Below are positions 38,752 through 47,826 of a stretch of 64,000 bases of DNA, piece by piece; the stretch's first letter is position 1; every line of letters starts with the position of its first letter. The DNA comes from Myxococcales bacterium (GTDB lineage: Bacteria > Myxococcota_A > Polyangia > Polyangiales > GCA-016699535): assembly GCA_016699535.1 (NCBI GenBank), contig CP064980.1:1425728-1489727 (forward strand), read 5' to 3'. The notes under the pieces are model-generated. The model saw only the letters and a list, made by a program, of their open reading frames with translations, ran no database searches and was not told the DNA's origin. Made by a program: the position numbers and the translations under genes.

Positions 38752-39648
38752 ATGATGCGCCTAAACCATTTTGTATACTTTTCCCTACCTGCTTGTCTTT
38801 ATTTTACAGCATGCTCGGTAGCTGGTGATTCCACCGTTGAAGGTGACGAGGGTGCACTCGTCGGAGGTAGCATCGCCAAAGACAATGAGTTTACTTCAAT
38901 ACTCAATATCTCCGGTGTGTGTAGTGGAGTGAAGCTTTCCGATCATAGGTTGTTGACCGCGGCGCATTGTGTCACCGAAAAATCGTTGTCAGAGACTTTT
39001 GGGGCGAATCTTGCTGAAGGATATAAGCCAGGCGCCATCGAGTACATGACTGCTCAGCATGATCTAAACCGTGCAGATGTCCCATGGTCTAAGATGACTA
39101 TCGTCAATACATTTCTTCCGCTCTGGTGGAAGGAAGAATGTCAAGATGGATGTACCGTTGATGACTATATTAGTCGCGCGCCTGACCTTGCAGTTATTCA
39201 AACTGTGGAAGAATTGCCGGGTAGAGCCGCTGAGCTTGATTCCAGCGCTGTTAATCCAGGAGACGAAGTCATCATTACCGGTATGGGTTGCGAAGGCGAT
39301 CCCAATAGTGTTGATGAATATGGTCGACCGATTCGTCGGCTCAAATTTGGCATGTCCAAGGTCATCCGCGATGAACGTTACATACCTTCAGTCTATGAGG
39401 GCTACATACAAACCAATGGCTCGACCAACGATGCGTCCGCTCCACTGCTATGCCCAGGCGATTCAGGTGCGGGCGTATTCCGTTATGATCCTGCTGATCC
39501 TTCGCGTGAGCAGCTCATTGGTATCAACTCGACGTTTCCTTATGATGGCAAAGTCAACCTTCATACGCGTTTATCTGCAACGAGTGCCTATGGTGTTGCT
39601 CAGTGGTTGGAATCGATGCTGAATCCGCCACCGATCAGACCCATGTGA
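38752..39648 (+). CDS. Secreted trypsin-like serine protease (S1 family), probable lipoprotein
   Basis: Signal and lipobox LYFTAC. Catalytic His context LTAAHCV and Ser context CPGDSGAGVF. Confidence 0.85.
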   Translation: MMRLNHFVYFSLPACLYFTACSVAGDSTVEGDEGALVGGSIAKDNEFTSILNISGVCSGVKLSDHRLLTAAHCVTEKSLSETFGANLAEGYKPGAIEYMTAQHDLNRADVPWSKMTIVNTFLPLWWKEECQDGCTVDDYISRAPDLAVIQTVEELPGRAAELDSSAVNPGDEVIITGMGCEGDPNSVDEYGRPIRRLKFGMSKVIRDERYIPSVYEGYIQTNGSTNDASAPLLCPGDSGAGVFRYDPADPSREQLIGINSTFPYDGKVNLHTRLSATSAYGVAQWLESMLNPPPIRPM

Positions 39649-39893
39649 GGATAACTGGGGCCACATAGCTTTTCTTTTTAGCCAAGGATCAGTCGACTTC
39701 GAATCGGCGGCTTTGGCAAGCGCCCTCATGATAAGTAGAAGCTAAACTATCTACTGAGAAAGGAAGGCTATGCCAGATCAAGCGAGCGTCTCTCATGTTT
39801 TGTTGATGTATACTGGATCGATGCGGTCTTTACCGAAACGCCTTCGGTTACCATTTCGTGCAGCGCACACCCTAACGCTCAAGCACTTACGAA

Positions 39894-40808
39894 CTATTTG
39901 GCGTGAAAAACGGTCTGAGCACTGGCTGCTTGACTGCCCGTTGAAAAATCCAGACCGAGTTGTTCAAAAATGCTTGGGCAGTCCGAGTCGTCAAACTCAG
40001 ACATGCAACCTGGGGCTCCATATGCATTTTTGAGATCGGTTTCGGCCATGAGTGCTGCATAGTCAAACACAATGGTATTTTTGGAGGGGTCGAAGCCATG
40101 GAGTTCAATGTGAGCAAGGTTTTCATGAGAGCAGCTCTTGACCTCACCTTCTTCGGGCCATCCTGTGCACCCTGTACTTCCCAGGTGAAATGGAAAAACA
40201 ACTGGATTCCCGTCGGTGACACCCACTTCAATTCGTGCGAATTTATAACCATCGAGCCAACTCCAAAACATGGAAGTCAAACTTAGCGGGGGCGGAGCAT
40301 TCGAAAGGTCAATGTGGTTGTGCACGAAAGGAACTCCGAATTTAAACGAGATTCCGTCATAGTTCCCTTCGGGAACGTCGAGCTCAACAACAGTGTTGAG
40401 ATCTGGGTTTCCACTTTCACAAAGACCTGTTCCGTCTTCAAAATCAAGCAGGACTAGATTGTCGTATTGCCATTTGCTGTTTTCATTGAGTGTCACATCA
40501 GTGTGATGGCCGTCAGTATCAATGAGCTGAATGTCATTTATGTAGAAACGAAAATCAGCAAATTCAACAGTCGCCTGGCTAAGACCCACGTCGTGATAAA
40601 CACTTCCGCATTGGATAGCTTTTCCTGAAACCTCGGCTGAGAACTGCAAAGAAAGGTGGGTTACAGCTCCCTCCGTAGACTGGGGCTCGTTTGGGGAACT
40701 TGTCGGTGAGTCAGGATCGCTTTGTGAACAAGCTATAGAGAACAAAGCTACGACCAAACAGATGTTGTACAAAAAGCGCTCAAGGCGAAACGGCACTGCA
40801 ATCTCCAT
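39894..40808 (-). CDS. MbnP-like / metallo-mystery-pair four-Cys-motif family lipoprotein (tentative)
   Basis: ATG at 40808 gives MEIAVPFRLERFLYNICLVVALFSIAC (lipobox). FRFYINDIQL, LLDFEDGTGLC, FKFGVPFVHNH, MFWSWLDGYKF, HLGSTGC and GCMSEFDDSDC match my recollection of the TIGR04052/MbnP pattern. Not verified by search. Confidence 0.55.
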   Translation of the reverse strand: MEIAVPFRLERFLYNICLVVALFSIACSQSDPDSPTSSPNEPQSTEGAVTHLSLQFSAEVSGKAIQCGSVYHDVGLSQATVEFADFRFYINDIQLIDTDGHHTDVTLNENSKWQYDNLVLLDFEDGTGLCESGNPDLNTVVELDVPEGNYDGISFKFGVPFVHNHIDLSNAPPPLSLTSMFWSWLDGYKFARIEVGVTDGNPVVFPFHLGSTGCTGWPEEGEVKSCSHENLAHIELHGFDPSKNTIVFDYAALMAETDLKNAYGAPGCMSEFDDSDCPSIFEQLGLDFSTGSQAASAQTVFHAK

Positions 40809-42253
40809 GATCTCGAAGAGCAAGTATCTCGAAATCCGAGCCTGCGAAGTTCTTAGCTTGCACAAGCATGATGAGACAGCTTATGCCGCTCTGCCCTGAG
40901 TTTTTCAAGCTTTGAAGTACCTGTGCAGATGATGTGCCGTCTTGAGAGCTCTCGAGGTTAACTTGCAGGTTTACAGAAAAAGGCATGCTGCTCATCGCAG
41001 AGTGCATGGGATTACCGTCCGGCAAGTTAATGTCAGCATGTGCCATATTCACATAGTCGATGACGGTGCCATTGGCTAATATTTCATCTGGCATATCTGA
41101 TTGCCAGATCGCAGTGACACAGGATTGTACTCCTTTAAAACCTTCAGCAACGGGCCACTGTATCTCATAGGGCCAGAAGCGTGCGCAGGCATGGTTAACG
41201 GTGGGCTCTTCGGGTGCAGGCTCGAGCTCTTCAGGGACAGTCGGTGAGTCGTCGATTAAACTATCAGTCGGCATCGTGTTGCTTTGTGGATCAAAGCTGC
41301 ATTCTGCCACTTTGCTTTCTGGGAGTTGGAGCAGGGCTGCAAGCGGTGTAACCTCAACGTTATCAGGCCCATGCCCGTAACGAAATACCGCTCGTTCAAA
41401 CACTTGAATGCCCTCGCCAGTGCCACAGGCAAATTCCTGGCTACGGCAAAACGGCGACATCGGGCGGCCCCAACGCATCAAAGCAGAGCTATAGATGCAA
41501 TCGCGGTCATTGGGGCCACATTCACCTGTTGGAAAGTCGATACCGTTGCTTTTCCAAAGATCGAGGAAAGCTTTATAAATCCCAAAAGTAAAAGGCTGAT
41601 CAATATGGTAGGGAGATTCCGTAAACTCACTTGAATAGTTTGATGGGTCAGTTTCACATTCATACAATGCACCGTTTGCGTAGGAGCTTTCGATAGCCGG
41701 CAGGTTGTCCGGGTCAAACAGATTAACAAGCCCGCCAATCACACCCGTACGTGGACGTCTTAGATATTCGTCAAAATCGCCATCGTTACGGCCGATGGCT
41801 TTGAGATCTTGAACCGAGCGTAGGCCGATCATGCCACCCATTTGAAGCGCTAGCCACTGTGCTCCTGTTCGCGTCAACATGACTTTATAAGGCTCTTCAT
41901 GGCCAGGTTGATACTCCAGCTGGCCGTAAGGGAGTCTAAGGGTAATGATCTCCGGGCCCCAATCCCATGATCCGTCGTGAGCCCACGGCAAACTCTGTAG
42001 AGCGAGCCAGGCATTGTGCTCAACCTTTTTGCACGCCGGAAGGCGCCTTGAGATAGTGTGATCGTTTCAGGAAGGAATCGAATGCGAGTAGCGCATCGTT
42101 CAAGTAGTGCGAATCAACTCCGTCTATCAAACATCCGGCGTTAAGACCGTCGTTTACCGAGTTAATTTCATTATCATTCGACTGGTTTATTGCCGTGCAG
42201 GATCCTAACCAGAGCAACGCAACCGTGTGGCAAAAAGGCATGAATAATTTCAT
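40780..42253 (-). CDS. Hypothetical lipoprotein (about 490 aa), split by an apparent 1-nt insertion in a T5/A5 run (42026-42030)
   Basis: ORF 42020..42292 carries MKLFMPFCHTVALLWLGSC (lipobox, ATG 42253). The frame of ORF 40780..41991 is open upstream to about 42068. Joining in GCAAAAAGG gives ...APSGVQKVEHNAWLALQSLPWAHDG... No family recognised and no CXXCH motif. Confidence 0.6.
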
Positions 42254-42363
42254 AAACACGGGTCTATACTGCAAGTAGTTAGTGATGGGCATGCGGCATT
42301 TCGTCGCATGGCTGATGGTCTAGTGCAGCGAACTTTTGTGTCTGGAAGAGAAAGTTAGGAGTT

Positions 42364-42537
42364 ATGGAAGTGAACGAGGTCAAGGGGCTAAGGGTGCTTG
42401 AAGAAGAAAGTCGGCATTTGAACAAATGCTGGACATTGATACGCCAAAAGATTTTGACTTACAAAGAGGGAATAGCCGGAAAAGCCGCAGGTAGCTGGTG
42501 GATGCCGTGCCTGTCGCCAGTCCTTGCAGCATCGTTG
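42364..42537 (+). mobile_element. Possible IS3-family OrfA leucine-zipper fragment
   Basis: MEVNEVKGLRVLEEESRHLNKCWTLIRQKILTYKEGIAGK resembles the L..LE.EN..LK...A.L.LDK.IL.E...GK region of IS3-family OrfA. Weak, by eye only. Confidence 0.3.
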
Positions 42538-42800
42538 CTCTTTGGCATGAGCGGCCAGCACGCCGTGGTAGCGCAAAAGATGAGACCGCGGCGGCGGCAC
42601 CAAGGCGCAGAGGCTGGTTGTCAAATCAAGCGGCTCAAACACCACCGCTTCGGTCCCGTCCGCCTATTGTCGCTTGAGTATATAGATGAGCTTGCCATAG
42701 CGATAGCGACGCAGGTGTTTGGTGGCCACAGGCGGCCTGGACAAGTAGGGGCACAATCGGGTGCGAGCACGCTTGTCTTGGGCATCGATGCGGCTGTCGG
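42538..42800 (-). mobile_element. IS91/ISCR-family (Y2 HUH rolling-circle) transposase C-terminal remnant, distal half
   Basis: 263 bp identical to 53661-53923. The minus strand reads DSRIDAQDKRARTRLCPYLSRPPVATKHLRRYRYGKLIYILKRQ*ADGTEAVVFEPLDLTTSLCALVPPPRSHLLRYHGVLAAHAKE, with an in-frame TAG at 42664-42666. Confidence 0.7.
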
Positions 42801-42934
42801 AAGCCCATCGGCCACAATCTCCAGTGAATAACACCAAAAATAGTACGATACGCCAACAAGACAGACGTCCCTAAAATGTCGCATAAAACATATATGTTGT
42901 AAAAATACAATTTTAATGTCCACTGCAGGACTCG

Positions 42935-43200
42935 CCATGGTAAACTGAATCGCAAGCTCAAACCTAGCTTTGCCAGTGGGATCGAGGCGATCAGCTGTCT
43001 AAGCAAGCAGTAAAAGTCCGGGTAGAGTCACGGGAAACCTTCGGGATCAAGGGTGAGATAACGCGAAAACCGTGCACATTGGACGAACTCCATGAACATC
43101 CACGACGATGCGCTGCACTCATGCCAAAGGACCCCAGTGGGGTCGCCGCAGACCCAGACGCCTTGCCTTGGTTGGATAAAAAGACATGCATTTCAAGGGG
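42935..43200 (+). ncRNA. Possible group II intron domain-I fragment, or another structured RNA remnant
   Basis: Non-coding, stem-rich stretch. GGGAAACCTTCGGG...ACGAACTCCATGAAC...TGCCAAAGG resembles GGCAAACCUUCGG...ACGAACUUCAUAUGA...UGCCAAAG of a bacterial group II intron as I recall it. No 5' GUGYG, no domain V and no RT ORF were seen. Confidence 0.25.
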
Positions 43201-43260
43201 TAGTGTTGGCACGTGCTTTGCAGTGATCAGGAAATGTCCATCCCAGCACCGAGGAGAGCC

Positions 43261-43929
43261 ATGAAATTATCAGATTTGCAAACCGGCCTATCTGCAGCCG
43301 TGCCCTTGGCCACGGCTTTGTTATGGAGCGCTTGCGCTATGGATGCCAGTGATCAGCAGCTGAGCACCGATCAGGGGGCCAGTGAAGCCAACCAGCAGGC
43401 TTTTTATGCGAACTTCGACTTGGCGTTTGAGTCGGATGGCGTTGTAGCGCCTACTGTTGACAACTTCCGGCTGGATTTTATTTTTGAAAAGAGCTCAACG
43501 GATGGGAATATTCAATATATTGTACGCGTCGAGCGCGTAATCGATCGTGATGTCATTGCATCTTTTGAGTTAGTAGCCGAGCCAATTGACGGCAAACCGG
43601 AACAACCTTCCCGGAGTTACCGAATGAGACCGCTCCAGGCAGCAGGAGTCGACTTTTTTGCTGACTTGCCCATGCTTGAAAATCCCATTGAATGTTTTTC
43701 CTATCCGAATGGCGATGCCAAGCAAGTTCCCTGTGAAGATGGTGCGGTCGACATGAAAGTTACTGTGACTGCCGCATCCGAAGAGACTGCCTTGTTGTCT
43801 GAAGGTAGTTCGATTGAGCTTGAAACGGCCATCACGTTACCCCATGCGAGCGAGCAGTCTGCGCAAACGTATAAAGCGATATCAACAAGCACACTTCATT
43901 TGGCCAACACCATTGAACCAAAGCCTTGA
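43261..43929 (+). CDS. Hypothetical lipoprotein
   Basis: ATG at 43261 preceded by GAGGAGAG. MKLSDLQTGLSAAVPLATALLWSAC lipobox. Confidence 0.6.
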   Translation: MKLSDLQTGLSAAVPLATALLWSACAMDASDQQLSTDQGASEANQQAFYANFDLAFESDGVVAPTVDNFRLDFIFEKSSTDGNIQYIVRVERVIDRDVIASFELVAEPIDGKPEQPSRSYRMRPLQAAGVDFFADLPMLENPIECFSYPNGDAKQVPCEDGAVDMKVTVTAASEETALLSEGSSIELETAITLPHASEQSAQTYKAISTSTLHLANTIEPKP

Positions 43930-44142
43930 GCAGCTTTGCTTGAATGGTTAGGGAAACCACCGAGCAGATTAAATACTTTTACGTCATTCTAACAAGTTTT
44001 TCCCGAGCAGCGTGGAATCTTCCTGCAGTCCCATTAGGGCAAGAACCGTCGGAGCCAGGTCCAAAATGTGGCTGCCCGTTTTGCAGACGAATTGGCGTCG
44101 TCGCCGCCACCTAGGTGCCAACCTGGGGTACCTGCGTGGCCA

Positions 44143-44850
44143 TCATGCGGTAGACATCGAGCCTCTGCTCAACGCGGCAAAAATCAAATGAACCAAAGCT
44201 GAAGGTCTTTCGCCAAAGCTCGGCCTGGTATGCAAAATTACGCTGGCCCAGGTGTATTTCGTCACGGTCTGCCCAGGTTCATCATAGCGGATGTCTGTAT
44301 TGGGTAAGCGCAACCCTATCATGTCGGAACTGCCCAGAGATATCCCATCTTGTGGACTATATTCAAACTCTGCATCGATATGCGCGCACGGAATCCGATC
44401 CGTCGGACCTATCTCCAGAGGCGGATACCAATCCAGGACGGCGGCGTCCAAATAGTCATCCGGATCGAGCGGTGTAACATCCGGTTGTCCATTTTCGTCC
44501 GTGCTCATTGTGGAAAGAACCACGCTTAGTCCCATCGACTCCAAGGTACCGCCCAACTCCATTTCTTGCTCGAGTGCTGGGATACAAGCATTGATAAATG
44601 TATTTTTTTCCAGAAGACATTGATAACTCTTCGCATCGTCTTGCCATGTTTCAATATCTTGACACGGCGCTTGCTCATACACCTGTTCGCAAATCCATTT
44701 TTTACTATCCATGAACTCCGGATTACGAATGACAGCACCCATTTGATTTTCAATCGAGTTATCCTCCGCGCCGCTCACGGCACAGGCTCCGACGTGAAGC
44801 AAAGATAGACTTTACAGTGCAACAAGAATCAAATTAGAGACATACGTCAT
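44143..44850 (-). pseudogene. Hypothetical lipoprotein with an in-frame TAA inside the signal peptide
   Basis: ATG at 44850 reads MTYVSNLILVAL*SLSLLHVGACAVSG, with TAA at 44812-44814. The ORF track restarts at TTG 44802. Confidence 0.5.
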
Positions 44851-45186
44851 CGCCCTCTAATCAACGCAAGAAGCGATCCATGTAAACACTTGACCACTTG
44901 TGGTTGTAGGGATGACTGAAAACAACATCGCTTTTTCGATAAACAGACTTGCTCGGAGGGTACTTTCGAACGATCCAAGGACTTGACTGAAAAGCTCTGA
45001 GGTCAACGCTTGGACAGCGGAGTCGTCCGACGAATTTCTTGTCCCCACATACTTTTGCCCAACCTTTTTTGTAAGCTTCGTACTCGGTCGTAGTCTGGTT
45101 GCTTCGAGCGCTTCTCGTGAGCTTTCTTAGTGGCTAACTTTTAACCGCGACTGAGCAATTACCATACGTAGATCGTCCGCAGTTAC

Positions 45187-46908
45187 CTAACGCGAAACAA
45201 CACTTCTACGAGCGGGCCCGAATTTAAACATCGGCCAGTCACTCAAAATGGCGCCATCTGGCAAATCCCAAGCGTAGACTTTGTCGGAAAAAGCCACCAT
45301 CTCAAGATATCCGTCACCATCTAAGTCGCCCACAGCAGGGGTATTCAGCAGCAACGCTCCAGTAGTGTAGACAGGGCCATCGTTACTCGGTGATTTCGTC
45401 AACTGGCTACCATTTCCATCAATGATGTGAACAAACCAACCGCTTGAAACAACAATTTTCCATATCGGCGTCACAATCATAGTCGGCGAGAACAAAACTT
45501 CGCGGAACATCGTAATTGCCAATATTGCCAGCTTCATCACGCGGAACCATGGGAAACCCACTCACAGCAATCCCATTGAGATGCCAAGCGTAGACTTTTC
45601 CATCCTGTGTACCCATCACTACATCGACTTGCCCATCTCCAGTGATATCTCCCAGAACCGGAGAGGCAGACGGCGCACCTGATGTGGGCTTTCCTCCAGT
45701 CCAACCCGAAAGCGTCATCCCGTGCTGATCTACTGCATTCACCAAAAAACCTAGGGTTGGATGGTCGGGACTTGCGATATTATAAAAGCTTCCGCTTCCA
45801 AAAAAGATCGAAGTTGAACTATTTTGCTGGAGCAATGCTGGAGAGGACTGAATGATCTCAAAATAGTAACGTGGAAACCCTGATAATCGAATACCATTGT
45901 CATCGACTCCATAGATAGATCCGCCACAATAACCAGCTGACCAGCCACCGGGCAACTGGTACGGACAAGACCAAGCTCCTCGCCACCTACCTCGAAGTTG
46001 CCTTCGTCAGTACCTATAAATACCTCAAGTTTTTGGTCACCATCGCTATCGGCCAGCGCCGGGGAGCTCCATATCGAATCGGCGAGAAGATTCGTCAAAC
46101 TTGGTATCTTATCCACATGTGCGCTAGCCGGCGGAAAACCGGAAACCATCACACCGTTGTGATGCCAAGCATAAATGCGCTTATCAAAACCACCGACGAC
46201 AATTTCCATGTCCCCATCATTGTCGATGTCGCCCAATGCTGGTGTTCCATAAATCGGATCAGCGCACCCTGAAGGTGGAATGCCCTCATCTACAGCAAGC
46301 TTGGGCCAACCTGATTTCAACACCCCATTGTCCTCAAGTACAATCACTCCCCCGCGATGGCAGGTCGATGCTTCAGATTTGCCGACACCCACAACGATTT
46401 CAGCTTTTCCATCCTTATCAATATCAGCAGCCGCTGGAGACGATTCAATGGATTCGCTGCCCGCTGCCAGACCAAAGGCGGTCGCGGTGTCGTAGCTCCA
46501 CAACAAACTCCCACTAGCATTCAATGCTACGATATGACCAGCATTGGTAGCGATCACCACTTCAAGTGTCCCGTTACCATCAAGGTCAACGATGAGTGGC
46601 GATGATGAGTTGCATGCATAGCTTGAAGGGTTTCCAGGACACGCCCTTAACCATGTGGTTGGTACGGTGTACGACCATTTGGCATTGACGTTACCCAACG
46701 GAATCTGTGGCGTAACCGGACACATAAAAGGCTCAGAAGGCCACGGTGAGTTGTCGGCATCCAAAACATCCGATGCCCCGTCGGTAGCCAAGTTATCCAT
46801 TGCTCCATCACCTAGACTCGCGTCGTCCAACTTCCCAGAAATATTGCCCGAACCACAGGAATTGATGAGCAACGAAAAAAATACAAATGCCGAGCATCTC
46901 ATAATCAA
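45187..46908 (-). CDS. FG-GAP/VCBS-repeat (integrin-alpha-like beta-propeller) lipoprotein, split by two apparent frameshifts
   Basis: Lipobox FFSLLINSC. Repeated DLDGNGTLEVV, DIDKDGKAEIVVG, GDIDNDGDMEIVVGG, DSDGDQKLEVFIG, GDITGDGQVDVVMG and GDLDGDGYLEMVAF. ORFs 45751..46908, 45419..45955 and 45187..45561 join at the C3/G3 run 45950-45952 and the A4/T4 run 45456-45459. Confidence 0.75.
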
Positions 46909-46956
46909 ACAACCCTATCGTGGTACGGGGTTCTTCAGCAAATTATGAGATACCTT

Positions 46957-47080
46957 CTAAGGTTCGGGTATTTTTTCAGTTCGCAAGCTACGAACAATAC
47001 CCCAACACATCAAAACGATAATGACACAAAACGGCAGTGCTGAAGTAATCGTTGCTGTCCGTAACGCTTGGAGGCCACAC
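46957..47080 (-). pseudogene. BCCT-family transporter C-terminal stub (about 40 codons)
   Basis: CGLQALRTATITSALPFCVIIVLMCWGIVRSLRTE matches the conserved GGL.ALQ...I..ALPF....L.M...L.K.L end of BCCT carriers. It abuts the IS91-like end at 47081. Confidence 0.5.
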
Positions 47081-47320
47081 GCATAAGGATTCCAAAGGTA
47101 GTTTTTGAGTTCGGGAACAGTGTTGGCATCCACAAATTCCTTAATTTTCATGTGGCCACTGCAAGATGGGCACGCGCTCGCATCTATCTAGAACACAGTT
47201 GCCAGGAATTTGGCCCAGGGGTTTCTGCAGGGTCATCGCCCCACAAGTGGAGCTGCGCTCCGGGCTCTTCGTCCAGCGGACCTGGCACGACTTGACCGTG
47301 CTCTTTGGCATGAGCGGCCA
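47081..47320 (-). mobile_element. IS91/ISCR-like element remnant, proximal half: 36-bp terminal sequence, 3' flank and the last 44 codons of the transposase
   Basis: 239/240 identical to 53441-53680. The minus strand reads AAHAKEHGQVVPGPLDEEPGAQLHLWGDDPAETPGPNSWQLCSR*. Confidence 0.7.
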
Positions 47321-47492
47321 TCATCCGAGGCCCCAAACGACGCCCCGCCACCAAAAAGTCATCGTTACCTTTAACTTTTTTCGAGGCGTACCAGCCCATG
47401 CCAAGCATGGCCGCCATGTAGAACAAGACAATAGCAATAACGATAAACGACGGGCTCAGAACACCCTTCAAGAATGCAGACTGCATACTCAA
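47321..47492 (-). pseudogene. Sodium:solute symporter (SSS) family N-terminal stub
   Basis: MSMQSAFLKGVLSPSFIVIAIVLFYMAAMLGMGWYASKKVKGNDDFLVAGRRLGP is a typical SSS N-terminus. It is fused in frame to the IS91-like remnant at 47320/47321. Confidence 0.5.
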
Positions 47493-47826
47493 TTATGCGC
47501 TCGATTTCTACTGGCATAATTATTCACGAGACATGCCATGGATGTCTATTCGTCATCATAAAAATGCCAGAGTTGGCATGTTCGGCCCTCCGCGTTCCAT
47601 CGCATTTTTACACCCACATCGGCTTCTGAGAGGTGCTCATGCATGCGAAAAAGTGGGTGACCACTAGCTGCGCATCGCGGAGTACAGCAAAGCGTAAGCC
47701 ACACAAAGTTGAAATCGATATTCACTATCTTACCGTTTTGTTCACTGGGCTTCAAAATGAGGCCTCCGCACCGCCACAATGCTAGACTCAATCAATAACA
47801 GCCCTTCTAGACTCATAGTGATTGCA

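Noticed and set aside
42364-42831. Plus-strand ORFs repeated at 42364..42831, 47166..47519 and 53526..53963 (MGTRSHLSRTQLPGIWPRGF...), a possible novel repeated gene
   Set aside because: They are antisense translations of the IS91-like transposase remnant. The minus strand gives a recognisable transposase C-terminus (LVPPPRSHLLRYHGVLA).
42538-47320. Idea that the 20-bp shared junction is an attB/attP core, with the flanks (IS3-like fragment and SSS stub) forming one original chromosomal gene
   Set aside because: The left flank looks like an IS3 OrfA fragment on the other strand. It does not continue the SSS reading frame, so the two flanks are not halves of one gene. Only the topological observation is kept as a finding.
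47546-47791. 81-aa minus-strand ORF upstream of the 47827 lipoprotein gene
   Set aside because: It has no RBS or family signal, is Cys/Trp-rich with odd composition, and lies in the putative promoter region. There is not enough support to call it a gene.
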